From an uncultured Nitrospirota bacterium (GTDB lineage: Bacteria; Nitrospirota; Nitrospiria; 2-01-FULL-66-17), in contig CAZMYW010000027.1 in assembly GCA_964570625.1 (NCBI GenBank), forward strand, positions 285,510 to 349,509: DNA of 64,000 bases, written 5' to 3'. The notes under the pieces were generated by a model. It saw nothing but the letters and a program-made list of their open reading frames with translations, ran no database searches and was not told the DNA's origin. This document shows, one piece after another, positions 19,716 to 28,327 of this stretch (positions within the stretch are counted from its first letter, which is position 1; each line of letters starts with the position of its first letter). The translations under genes and the position numbers were made by a program.

Positions 19716-20159
19716 GTGGGTTTCGACAAAATGCCGCAAGCGCCTTCCAGATCGCGCAGAACGTTCGGCGCGATCACTGTGCTCGTTATCACCGCCGCAG
19801 GGTGTGCGGGGACCCCGGAAGCGCGGCACGTCACGATTCCACCGGAACGAGTGGACCGCCTTATCCAATCGCTCTCAACACCGGTCGATCAGCCGCCCAT
19901 GCTAAAAGATCCGGTCGCACATCCGTATTATCCCAAGGAGGTCATCCCGGACAAACGACCCGGGATGGTGCTGCTCAAGATCGACGTCGACGCGAAGGGA
20001 CACGTCACCGCGGTGGAAGTGATCGAGTCCACTGCATTGATCTTCGAATCGCAAGCGCGACAAGCCGCCCGGCAGTGGTCCTTCGAACCCGCACGACGGG
20101 ACGGCGTCAACGTTCCTGCGACCATTGTCGTGCCGGTGGAGTTCAGCGAGAGAAAGTAG
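19716..20159 (+). CDS. TonB C-terminal-domain family lipoprotein
   Basis: Lipoprotein signal (ITAAGCAG). The C-terminal GHVTAVEVIESTALIFESQARQAARQWSFEPARRDGVNVPATIVVPVEF matches the TonB_C fold pattern. Confidence 0.65.
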   Translation: MGFDKMPQAPSRSRRTFGAITVLVITAAGCAGTPEARHVTIPPERVDRLIQSLSTPVDQPPMLKDPVAHPYYPKEVIPDKRPGMVLLKIDVDAKGHVTAVEVIESTALIFESQARQAARQWSFEPARRDGVNVPATIVVPVEFSERK

Positions 20160-20196
20160 GCGGAGATTAGGACCGTCTCAGGCGTCGTGTTTCTTT

Positions 20197-21933
20197 TTAT
20201 CGCTCTCGGTACCGATTCGTCACGGGCATCCGGCGGTCTTTGCCCAGGGCGCGGGGGGTGAGTTTGATGCCGATGGGGGCTTGGCGGCGCTTGTATTCGC
20301 TGTGGTCGACCATGCGGGCCACGGTTTCGACCATCTTTTTTGGATAACCCATCGCTACGATTGATTCCAGCGCTTTATCCTCTTCGACGTACGCCTTGAG
20401 GATAGCGTCCAACACGTCGTACGGCGGCAGCGTGTCTTGATCACGCTGATTGTGCTTGAGCTCTGCGGTCGGTGCGCGATCAATGATCCGCTGCGGGATC
20501 ACCTTCCCGGCCGCGTTGCGGTGGCGCGCGAGATCGTAGACGCACGTCTTATACACGTCTTTGATGACGGCGAATCCGCCGGCCATGTCTCCGTAGAGCG
20601 TGGCGTATCCCACGCTCATCTCGCTTTTGTTGCCAGTCGTCAGCACGAGCCAGCCGAACTTGTTTGAGAGCGCCATGAGGAAGTTACCGCGAATCCTCGC
20701 CTGAACGTTTTCTTCCGTCGTGTCCGGACGGCGACCGGAAAATGCCTCGGCCAGTGCCTTCTCGTAGCCGGCCATCAGGCCGTGGATCGGCAGGGTGACC
20801 AGGCGAATCCCAAGGTTGTGGACGAGATGCTCGGTATCTTCGCGGCTCTGGGTGGAGGTGTACGGCGACGGCATGAACACGCCCACGACCCCCGAAGCAC
20901 CTAGCGCATCCGTGGCAATCGTGGCGGTGAGCGAGGAATCGATGCCTCCGCTGAGCCCGATCACCACAGTCTCGAACCCGTTCTTGGCGACGTAATCTTT
21001 GACTCCGGTCACCAGCGCGCGAAAAACCTCCTCCTCCGGCGCAAGCGCAGGAGCCACCGGGCGATTGACCCAGGTCCGTTTCGGCTTGGAGGATTTGATC
21101 GTCGGGACCTTCACCCGTTGCACGGCCCCGAACTGCTTCAGCATCGCCAACTTCTTTTTTCGACGTCGCGTATCGTGCAGACGCGCCTGAAACACCGCGT
21201 CAACGTCCAAATCGACGACCAGTAGCTCCTCGGCGAACTGCCGTCCCCGCGCCACAATCGTGCCCTGTTGATCTACGATCACACTGTGGCCGTCGAACAC
21301 GAGTTCGTCCTGCCCCCCCACGGCATTCACCGATGCGACCATCACCTGGTTATCCACCGCGCGCGTCGCGAACATCCGCTCGCGGAACGCGCCCTTGCCT
21401 TGGGAGTAGGGCGACGCGCCGATATTGACGATGACTTCAGCCTCACCGACCAGGGACTGTAGCTGCGTCGGCCCCTCTGGAAACCAAATGTCTTCGCAAA
21501 TGTTCACGCCGATGGTCACGCCATTGACATCGAACACCGAGCAGTCTCTCCCCGTTTGAAAGTACCGGTCTTCGTCGAACACGCCGTAGTTGGGGAGGTA
21601 CATCTTGCGGTGCATGCCGACCCGGCGGCCGTTGGCCAGGACAGCCGCGGCATTGAAGATATCACCGTCGCGGTCCACCACACCCACCACCGCGACGATT
21701 CCGCGCGTGGCCGACGTGATGGAATCCAGCGCCTTGAGGTTATCCTGAATAAAACGAGGCTTGAGGAGGAGGTCTTCTGGCGGATATCCGGGCAGCGACA
21801 TTTCGGGAAACGCCACGAGATCCGCGCCCGCTTTGCGCGCTTCCCCGATCAGCCGGCGAATCTTGGCGGCGTTGCCCGTCAGATCTCCGACCGTACTGTT
21901 TATTTGCGCGAGCGCAAGCCGCAGTCGACGCAT
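20197..21933 (-). CDS. nadE: glutamine-dependent NAD+ synthetase
   Basis: N-terminal CN-hydrolase domain (RLALAQINSTVGDL, FPEMSLPGYP) and a C-terminal NAD synthetase domain (VIGLSGGIDSS). Start at MRRLRLALAQ. Confidence 0.9.
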   Translation of the reverse strand: MRRLRLALAQINSTVGDLTGNAAKIRRLIGEARKAGADLVAFPEMSLPGYPPEDLLLKPRFIQDNLKALDSITSATRGIVAVVGVVDRDGDIFNAAAVLANGRRVGMHRKMYLPNYGVFDEDRYFQTGRDCSVFDVNGVTIGVNICEDIWFPEGPTQLQSLVGEAEVIVNIGASPYSQGKGAFRERMFATRAVDNQVMVASVNAVGGQDELVFDGHSVIVDQQGTIVARGRQFAEELLVVDLDVDAVFQARLHDTRRRKKKLAMLKQFGAVQRVKVPTIKSSKPKRTWVNRPVAPALAPEEEVFRALVTGVKDYVAKNGFETVVIGLSGGIDSSLTATIATDALGASGVVGVFMPSPYTSTQSREDTEHLVHNLGIRLVTLPIHGLMAGYEKALAEAFSGRRPDTTEENVQARIRGNFLMALSNKFGWLVLTTGNKSEMSVGYATLYGDMAGGFAVIKDVYKTCVYDLARHRNAAGKVIPQRIIDRAPTAELKHNQRDQDTLPPYDVLDAILKAYVEEDKALESIVAMGYPKKMVETVARMVDHSEYKRRQAPIGIKLTPRALGKDRRMPVTNRYRER

Positions 21934-22176
21934 GCCCACCTCCGCAAAAACTGTACTCACGGCGGGGATGAGGTGTCAAGAACACTGATCCGCGCTTCCA
22001 ACGTGACCGGGTTGTGGACCGAGAAGCGTATTCATGCACTATGAGACAGGAGCCCGTTCAGGAATGCGTCGGATGCCAGGCGGAGCGAGCGCCCGCACCG
22101 CAGCGTACTGTGTCGTACGTGAGGAGCGGACGCGGAGCGACAACGCCGCAGACGGCCATTCATGAACGGGCTCCCG

Positions 22177-22599
22177 CTACCGGACGATCAGCGTGCCCTT
22201 CATGCCGTTGTCATGATGAGAGACTGGGGCTTCCGCGTCGCAGCGAAACGAAAACTCCCCGGCCTTCTTCGGCGTAAACCTGATGATCACCGTGGCGCCC
22301 GGCAAGACTTCCAATTCCTCGACACCATGAACCAGCGCAATCGCGCCCTTGGTCTCCAAATCCACCTTGATGTCCGCCAGCACGTCGGACACGAATTCGT
22401 GCAACACCTTGCCAGAATTCACCAACTTCAGCTCAACCGGTTTTCCGCTTTGAATCTCGATCTGAGCGGGTTCGAACTTGTATTCGGTCATTCGAATCGT
22501 CACGGTTTGCGGCGCCGGCGGAATAGTCCGTTCATCCGCCACGGCGTGGACCGTCAACAATCCCATCGTCAGCATACCGGCCAATATCACTGCTCTCAT
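22177..22599 (-). CDS. cupredoxin-like (type-1 blue copper) periplasmic protein
   Basis: Signal peptide MRAVILAGMLTMGLLTVHA. Candidate Cu ligands are H (HEF), C (FRCD), H (SHHD) and M (NGM), in a beta-sandwich-sized 140-aa product. Start trimmed to the internal Met, which is ATGA-coupled to the upstream gene. Confidence 0.65.
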   Translation of the reverse strand: MRAVILAGMLTMGLLTVHAVADERTIPPAPQTVTIRMTEYKFEPAQIEIQSGKPVELKLVNSGKVLHEFVSDVLADIKVDLETKGAIALVHGVEELEVLPGATVIIRFTPKKAGEFSFRCDAEAPVSHHDNGMKGTLIVR

Positions 22600-23090
22600 T
22601 GTTTCCTCCCCTTCCACCACATGTCGTACAACGGCACCCCGATCAACACCACGGCAGTCCCGGTCATCACCACCCAGCTCGCGATTTGGAGCATGGCAAA
22701 CCCGGGGGCCACGAACCGAATCAGCCACGGAGACGCCAAGTCACTGAACGTCGCCGCAAACGCCAGCACGATCACGGTTCGTTTCAACGGAAGACCGATC
22801 GATGTCGCGACGAACAGGTGCGTCAACACCAACAGGACGATCCCTTCGATAAACGCATGGAAGTGTAGTTCCTCCAGCATCTGGCCCACCGGCCTCGGCA
22901 ACAGGTCTTCATCCCCCGATCCACGATAATGCTCGACGACCTGTTGATACTGCGGCCCCACCCTGGTGAAGGCGATCGCCACCAAACTCACGTAGCCCAC
23001 CGCGGCGAACACCAAGAAAGCCGTGTAAATCGCCTTGAGCTCCGGCGGGCTGAACCGGATCTGGAACCCCTGACGAGAAAAATCTTTCAT
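22596..23090 (-). CDS. 4-TM integral membrane protein, unknown family, His-rich second helix
   Basis: Four predicted helices and LHFHAFIEGIVLLVLTHLF. ATGA overlaps join it to both neighbours. Confidence 0.55.
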   Translation of the reverse strand: MKDFSRQGFQIRFSPPELKAIYTAFLVFAAVGYVSLVAIAFTRVGPQYQQVVEHYRGSGDEDLLPRPVGQMLEELHFHAFIEGIVLLVLTHLFVATSIGLPLKRTVIVLAFAATFSDLASPWLIRFVAPGFAMLQIASWVVMTGTAVVLIGVPLYDMWWKGRKQ

Positions 23091-24631
23091 GACCCGTCTC
23101 CGCCGGCCCCGTACACCGTCGCCGTCAGGGCCAACGCCGTCTTCACCGCCTGCGCGGTGGAGCGGGAGGACAACGTCGCGCCGCTAATCCCGTGGATGTC
23201 GCGGCCGAGGCGTAACGGCGCCGCCAGTGTCTTGCCGGTAAACTGGGCGAGAAATCGCTTGGAACGGATCTCCGAACCCTGCGACTCGCGATAGATCAAC
23301 ACCTGCACGCCCCGCACCACACCCTCGGGAGCGACCGCGACCATAAACGTGATCGGCTGCTCCTTCCCGATAACGTCCACCACCGTCGCATAACCCAACG
23401 CTCCTTCGGCGCCGGTACCGACCCAAAAGGTGACCTCCGACTCGCGAACTCGCCTCCCGATCAGGGATTCGATCCGCGCCCGGTGGCCTTCCGTGAGTGA
23501 CACGGTTTCCTGCGTAAATTGCTCGGCCTCGGGGATCAAAGCCTTGAGCGCTTCTTCACGGCTCATGTACACCACGGCCTGGCCCAACGGTGGACGCACC
23601 ATCATCGCCATCACCGCAGCGACCATTCCGACCAGTATCCGGCGCCTAGCGAGCATATGCGGGGGACAAGGCTCCACCACCAACTCGCTCCATCCGGACG
23701 TCTGGCTGGTGACCACCCGTCCCGTATCGTCCGCGCTCGCAATCACCCCGTCGAGTCCCTGTTGGCCCAACAGATCCACCCCAGCGCGCGGACCCAACAC
23801 AAAGGCCGCCGTGGACAACGCATCGGCATCGAGCGCGGTCCTCGCCACCACCGACGCACTCGCCGCGCGGTGGGCCGGACGCCCTGTTCTGGGATCCAGA
23901 ATGTGGCCGTATCGGATCCCACGGATGATCACGGCCTGTTGGTCGTCTCCCGATGTGGCCAATGCGGCATCGCTCAAGCACACCACGCCCAAGACGCGAT
24001 TCGGATCCCGCGGGTGCCTGATGCCCACACGCCACCCGTCCTCACCAGGCGGCTTCCCGATCGCGTACGCCACGCTGCCGAAATCCACGAGCGCCGACGA
24101 CACGCCCGCTGCGATCAACAACCGGACGACTCGGTCGATGGTATAGCCCTTGCCCATCGCGCCGAACTCGAGTTCCACACAGGAATCTCGGTAGGCCACC
24201 GTCCCGGCGTGCGGATCCACGGCAATCATGGAAAATCCCACTCCAGCCAACAGTCCTTCCAACTCGTCCCCGGCAAGCGGCCGCAACGGCACGCCGCCGT
24301 ATCGGTCGTCACGAATCCGCCACGAGCGCGTGAGCGGCGAGACCGTGGCATCCACGGTCCCGCCGCTGATGACCGAAAACCGACGCGCCGCTTCAATCAA
24401 CCCGAGCAGCTCGGCACCGACCACGACCGGTCCGCGCCAGGCCTCGCGATTGACCCGCGACATCTCGCTGGTCGGATCAAACACGCTCAGCAGGCGTTCG
24501 ATCCGCACGGCCTCGGCAAACGCAGCGCGGAGCAATTCGTTCCCCGGTTCAGGGTCAGTGCCAGGAAGCGTGATATCGAGCACGCTCCCCATACACGGCT
24601 GGCTCCCTCTGGTGATTGGCCGGGCCATCAA
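23087..24631 (-). CDS. FAD:protein FMN transferase (ApbE) fused via a TM segment to an FMN-binding (NqrC/RnfG/NosR-type) domain
   Basis: ApbE-like N-terminal region of about 330 aa, then the hydrophobic RRRILVGMVAAVMAMMV segment. The C-terminal domain carries the flavinylation motif GISGATLSSRS. Confidence 0.75.
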   Translation of the reverse strand: MMARPITRGSQPCMGSVLDITLPGTDPEPGNELLRAAFAEAVRIERLLSVFDPTSEMSRVNREAWRGPVVVGAELLGLIEAARRFSVISGGTVDATVSPLTRSWRIRDDRYGGVPLRPLAGDELEGLLAGVGFSMIAVDPHAGTVAYRDSCVELEFGAMGKGYTIDRVVRLLIAAGVSSALVDFGSVAYAIGKPPGEDGWRVGIRHPRDPNRVLGVVCLSDAALATSGDDQQAVIIRGIRYGHILDPRTGRPAHRAASASVVARTALDADALSTAAFVLGPRAGVDLLGQQGLDGVIASADDTGRVVTSQTSGWSELVVEPCPPHMLARRRILVGMVAAVMAMMVRPPLGQAVVYMSREEALKALIPEAEQFTQETVSLTEGHRARIESLIGRRVRESEVTFWVGTGAEGALGYATVVDVIGKEQPITFMVAVAPEGVVRGVQVLIYRESQGSEIRSKRFLAQFTGKTLAAPLRLGRDIHGISGATLSSRSTAQAVKTALALTATVYGAGGDGS

Positions 24632-24635
24632 TCGG

Positions 24636-25832
24636 TCAATGGAATTGATACCCTACGCCTAGATTGAACCGGGTGCCGTCGTTGTCGGCCCCGTCTTCCC
24701 AGCTCTCCAGATCGGCCTTCACCGCAACATCCGGAATCGGGTAATAGGCCAAACCTGCGGTCATCACCTGCCGTTCGTTGGCCGGATTGGCGGTGAAGCC
24801 GGTCGGCATCGACTTCTGCGTGTCGAAATCTTCATACCGGATGAACGCGACCACGGACTGGTTCGTATCGGGAGCCAGTAGTTTGAGGAAATCATAAGCG
24901 GCTTCCAGGTACCACCCCATCATCTCCTCGCCGACGTCCTCCCCTGTAGCCGTGCTAATCTCAGCCGCACTATCCACGCTGATCGACGCCACCACACCGC
25001 GCAAATCCAGGCCGGCAAGACGCAGCCTCGCGTCCGCCTCCAGAATCCCCACCCCTGCATCGCCCAGCGCCGAGTTCTTCGTGGTATTGGCGCCGCCCTG
25101 GTAGACCGAGAGCCCGAGGTCCACACCCGGCAAGCCGACGTACTCCAATCGGCCCACGATCGCCAGCTCGTCCGAGGGCTGCTCCGCCACGTGTCCCCGC
25201 CCGCCGCGAATCCCGTTCGACGCGGTAAAGCCTTCGGCATTCAACCCGGACACGAGGTACACGCGGTACTTGAGGCCGGCCGGAACCGAGCCGAAGAACC
25301 CAACGCCGCCCTCTTGCCACGTAGTCGGAATGATGGTGCGCTGCACGTACGGTCGCTCCACGCTGTAAAAGAGCGGGGGCTCATGGAATTCGTTCAGCGG
25401 TCCCACCGGCATCAGCATACTGCCGGTCCGCACGTTGAAAGCCGGCGTGATGAGGAAATCCAGGTACGCAAACTCGAGCTCGATCTCGGTGGCCGCGTGC
25501 TCGAAATCGACCTCGGTGTGGACGCTGATGCGGTCGTTAAACTGATAACTCACCCCCCACACCATCCGGTGCAAATCCATGATCGCCGGGGCGTCGTCAT
25601 CGGGAACGCCCGATCCCTCAGGGCTATTGAAATGCAGCTCGCCATACCCGTGGAAACTCACCTTCCCCGTTCCGGATCCCCCGTGCGAGTCGGCCCCGCC
25701 GCCCCCTAGTTGATCCAGGCGCGACTCGATGTGGTCGAGCCGCTCGGTCACCGACTCATCCGCCAGCACGCTCATTGCCGCCGGCCCGACAAGCCATAAA
25801 CAAACCCCCAGCGTGGCCATAGTTCTCTTCAT
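24636..25832 (-). CDS. outer-membrane porin (beta-barrel, phosphate-selective-porin-like)
   Basis: Signal peptide and an amphipathic beta-strand pattern with aromatic girdle residues. C-terminus is ..GVGYQFH. GGAGGA RBS. Confidence 0.65.
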   Translation of the reverse strand: MKRTMATLGVCLWLVGPAAMSVLADESVTERLDHIESRLDQLGGGGADSHGGSGTGKVSFHGYGELHFNSPEGSGVPDDDAPAIMDLHRMVWGVSYQFNDRISVHTEVDFEHAATEIELEFAYLDFLITPAFNVRTGSMLMPVGPLNEFHEPPLFYSVERPYVQRTIIPTTWQEGGVGFFGSVPAGLKYRVYLVSGLNAEGFTASNGIRGGRGHVAEQPSDELAIVGRLEYVGLPGVDLGLSVYQGGANTTKNSALGDAGVGILEADARLRLAGLDLRGVVASISVDSAAEISTATGEDVGEEMMGWYLEAAYDFLKLLAPDTNQSVVAFIRYEDFDTQKSMPTGFTANPANERQVMTAGLAYYPIPDVAVKADLESWEDGADNDGTRFNLGVGYQFH

Positions 25833-25920
25833 TGCTCCTCCTTCGTGGGTGAATGGTGATTCGACTGACTGGGCGCTGGGTGCTCCAAGACCGCTGGCCT
25901 CTGTGGATTCTACCGGTCGT

Positions 25921-26085
25921 CTAACGCGAGGAAACGTTGGGATCGCGCGGAGGCGGAACGGTTCCGGCGATGCGATTCTGGGGAATGAGGACGGTGCGCT
26001 TGCAGCGACGGCACTTCAGCTCCAGGACATCGCCTCTCCACCGGGCCATGAGGCCACCGCACAAGCAGCGGACTTCGGACGCCAC
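25921..26085 (-). CDS. small Com-like zinc-ribbon protein
   Basis: VRCLCGGLMARWRGDVLELKCRRCKRTVLI resembles phage Mu Com (..IRCPHCNKLL..ELKCPRCK..). Start placed at the GTG with a GGAAG RBS. The track ORF start at 26148 abuts the operator and leaves no RBS. Confidence 0.45.
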   Translation of the reverse strand: MASEVRCLCGGLMARWRGDVLELKCRRCKRTVLIPQNRIAGTVPPPRDPNVSSR

Positions 26086-26150
26086 TTTTTCTTCCGCTCG
26101 GCGGGGAGTCACGAGGCTCGATTTCGGTGTCTGTTCACGCTCACCCAATT

Positions 26151-26218
26151 GATAATGGAATTAGATTTCAATTTCATTAAATGGGCGTCATAGTAGTAGG
26201 ATCGGAACAGCTTGTCAA
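26151..26218 (-). promoter_or_regulatory. promoter/operator module 1: TTGACA, 17 nt, TACTAT, followed by a Fur-box-like AT-rich palindrome (GATAATGGAATTAGATTTCAATTTCATTA)
   Basis: Read on the minus strand: -35 TTGACA (26213-26218), -10 TACTAT (26190-26195), then the palindromic AT-rich site 26151-26180 immediately upstream of the Com-like/porin operon. About 80 bp is homologous to module 2. Confidence 0.5.
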
Positions 26219-26279
26219 GCGGGAACGTTCGGACGTGGGAGTTCAGGAACGCCGCGGACGGCGGCGTTGCCCGGTAGGA

Positions 26280-26753
26280 CTACTCTTTCTTGATCTGTTG
26301 ACTGAGGTAGTTTTCAACCCCGACCCGCTTGATCGCGTCGAGTTGGGTTTCGATCCACTCGATGTGCTCCTCTTCACCCTGGACCATCCGCTCCAATTTT
26401 CCGCGGGTGTTGTAGTCCCCCACTTTCACGCAATGGGTGATCGCGTCGGTCAGGACACCCACCGCCTCCTGTTCGAGCCGCAGATCCAAGTTCAACTGTT
26501 CCAGGACGGTTTCGCCGATCTGCACTTGGCCCAGTCTCTGGAGGTTGGGAATCCCGTCGAGGAAGAGAATATGCTCGATGAGTTCGTGGGCGTCTTTCAT
26601 CTCGTCGAAGCTGTGTTTCTTGATCTTTTCGTACAAGCGCTCGAATCCCCAGTGACGACACATTTCCGCGTGCACGAAATATTGATTGATCGCAGTGAGC
26701 TCGTTGGTCAACACGCGGTTCAGCGAATCAACGACGCCCTTTTTGGCTTTCAT
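26280..26753 (-). CDS. bfr: bacterioferritin
   Basis: MKAKKGVVDSLNRVLTNELTAINQYFVHAEM and the EExH ferroxidase residues. 157 aa from the internal Met. Confidence 0.9.
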   Translation of the reverse strand: MKAKKGVVDSLNRVLTNELTAINQYFVHAEMCRHWGFERLYEKIKKHSFDEMKDAHELIEHILFLDGIPNLQRLGQVQIGETVLEQLNLDLRLEQEAVGVLTDAITHCVKVGDYNTRGKLERMVQGEEEHIEWIETQLDAIKRVGVENYLSQQIKKE

Positions 26754-26856
26754 GGTACCTCCCGGACGATGTGGTGACGGGGCTCTAGAACGTGAACGAG
26801 TGGCACCGTATCTCACCGGACCGGGGGATGTCAACAAGGTGCGAGGAACGCAGGGG

Positions 26857-27078
26857 TTACGAGCGGCTGGAGGTGCCGGCTGGAGCCATTCGCTTGGTTT
26901 TGAACTGTTCGGTTCGGGCAAGCGCGGCGAGATCCGCAATCCGCGTCACGCAACGTCCACAACAGTCGTCCCGGTCGATGCCCAGTTCCTCGGCCAACGC
27001 TTTGGGGCTGACGATCCCTGCGCGACCCAAGCTGCGGACATGGGAATCGGTGATGCCTTTACATAAACAGATATACAT
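26857..27078 (-). CDS. bfd: bacterioferritin-associated ferredoxin (2Fe-2S)
   Basis: MYICLCKGITD ... CCGRC cysteine pattern. 73 aa. Confidence 0.8.
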   Translation of the reverse strand: MYICLCKGITDSHVRSLGRAGIVSPKALAEELGIDRDDCCGRCVTRIADLAALARTEQFKTKRMAPAGTSSRS

Positions 27079-27096
27079 ATGCGACCGCCCTCACCG

Positions 27097-27161
27097 TTCA
27101 ATATTGTTCGATATTGAATTGCTTTTTCAAAATTCTAGCTGATCGGACGGGCACGTGTCAA
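27097..27161 (-). promoter_or_regulatory. bfd-proximal promoter (TTGACA, 18 nt, TAGAAT) with a 22-bp palindrome TTCAATATTGTTCGATATTGAA in the short leader
   Basis: -35 at 27156-27161 and -10 at 27132-27137 on the minus strand. The near-perfect inverted repeat at 27097-27118 lies between the predicted TSS and the bfd ATG (27078). Confidence 0.45.
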
Positions 27162-27350
27162 GCAGCGAGTTTCGGATGGGGTATCGACCCCGCAGGGCCT
27201 CCCCGAGGAGAGCGAAAAAAAAGAAACGCCCGGAATGAATGCATTCCGGGCGTTGGGCAAGTAAGCCTCGAGCCTCTGCAGTGCTGTCGTTCGTCGCGGA
27301 GCCGTATCCGCGTTAGGCGATCGTCACGCTCTCAGTCGCCACATACTCGG

Positions 27351-27425
27351 ACAATGAAATTGGAATTAGATTTCATTTTCATTTACAATGCGCGCATCGT
27401 AGCCGAACGGGAAATGACTTGTCAA
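27351..27425 (-). promoter_or_regulatory. promoter/operator module 2: TTGACA, 18 nt, TACGAT, plus Fur-box-like palindrome AATGAAATTGGAATTAGATTTCATT
   Basis: Shares the 14-mer GGAATTAGATTTCA, the TTGACA element and the spacing with module 1. It sits between the fur stop and bfd. Confidence 0.45.
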
Positions 27426-27437
27426 GGGGAAACTGGA

Positions 27438-27944
27438 CTAGTGGCTGTGGGGTTGCGGCGGTTGCGGGGGGCGAGCCTGCTGCTGGCTTTTGTCCGCTCG
27501 GACGGTCTCGCAGGCCTTGCAGAACCCATACAACTCGAGCTTGTGGAACGTGATCCGAAAATCGTGCTGACGGGCCACGTTTTCCTGAAACTCCTCGATT
27601 TGAAAGTTCTCGAACTCGATGATCCGTCCGCAGTGGGTGCAGATCAGATGATCGTGGTGCGATTTCCAGGCCACGTTGTCGTAGATGGTTTTCCCCTTGC
27701 CGAAGTGCCGCTCTTGGGCGAGTTCCCACTGGCACAGCAGCTTGAGGGTCCGATACACGGTAATAATCCCGATCGAGGGATCTTTCTTGGCGACCTGGTT
27801 GTAGAGATCTTCGACCGTAATGTGGTCCTGGTTCAGAAAGAGCTGCGCGATCAACTCACGCTGATGCGTCAACTTCAGGCCGTGTTCGCGCAGTCGCGCG
27901 TGGAGTAGGTCTCGAGATCGAGATTTGGGGGCGGCTTTCACCAT
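27438..27944 (-). CDS. fur: ferric uptake regulator family transcriptional repressor
   Basis: LKLTHQRELIAQLF DNA-binding helix, HHDHLICTHCG..FCKAC metal sites and a Q/P-rich C-tail. Start trimmed to MVKAAPKS. Confidence 0.85.
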   Translation of the reverse strand: MVKAAPKSRSRDLLHARLREHGLKLTHQRELIAQLFLNQDHITVEDLYNQVAKKDPSIGIITVYRTLKLLCQWELAQERHFGKGKTIYDNVAWKSHHDHLICTHCGRIIEFENFQIEEFQENVARQHDFRITFHKLELYGFCKACETVRADKSQQQARPPQPPQPHSH

Positions 27945-28093
27945 CACATCACGTCGTACGACTTGTTGGAACGATACGCTGGTCTGAAAGAGCCTGTCAA
28001 GGTATCCCCGTCTGGAACGACTGCGCGGACCCGGACCCGCACCTTGACTTTCATCCGGGTTTCCATACAATGGCCCCTACTTGAGGAGACTGT

Positions 28094-28279
28094 ATGGCAT
28101 CCGGACGGGAACGAGCGAAAGAATTGAGACGGCGTCAGAAGCGGCGACGCGAGCGCCTTCGGGAAAAAATCAAATCCCTGAAAGCCAAAGCCCAGGTCCA
28201 CGCGGCTAAGAAACCCGTCAAAGCCAAACCGAAACGCGAAAAACCAGGCCCCGCCGCCGCTCCAGCCGAGTCCGCTTAA
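28094..28279 (+). CDS. small highly basic Lys/Arg-rich protein (hypothetical)
   Basis: 61-aa ORF with a GAGGAG RBS 8 nt upstream. It lies in an otherwise empty gap between fur and the ANTAR regulator. Confidence 0.35.
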   Translation: MASGRERAKELRRRQKRRRERLREKIKSLKAKAQVHAAKKPVKAKPKREKPGPAAAPAESA

Positions 28280-28327
28280 CCGACCGAGCACCCACCCCTT
28301 TCCCCCACGGGTCCGGCAAGACCTCGC

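Noticed and set aside
24920-25320. ORFs 24920..25240 (-) and 24970..25320 (-) inside the porin gene
   Set aside because: Alternative frames of the porin CDS with Arg/Trp-rich composition.
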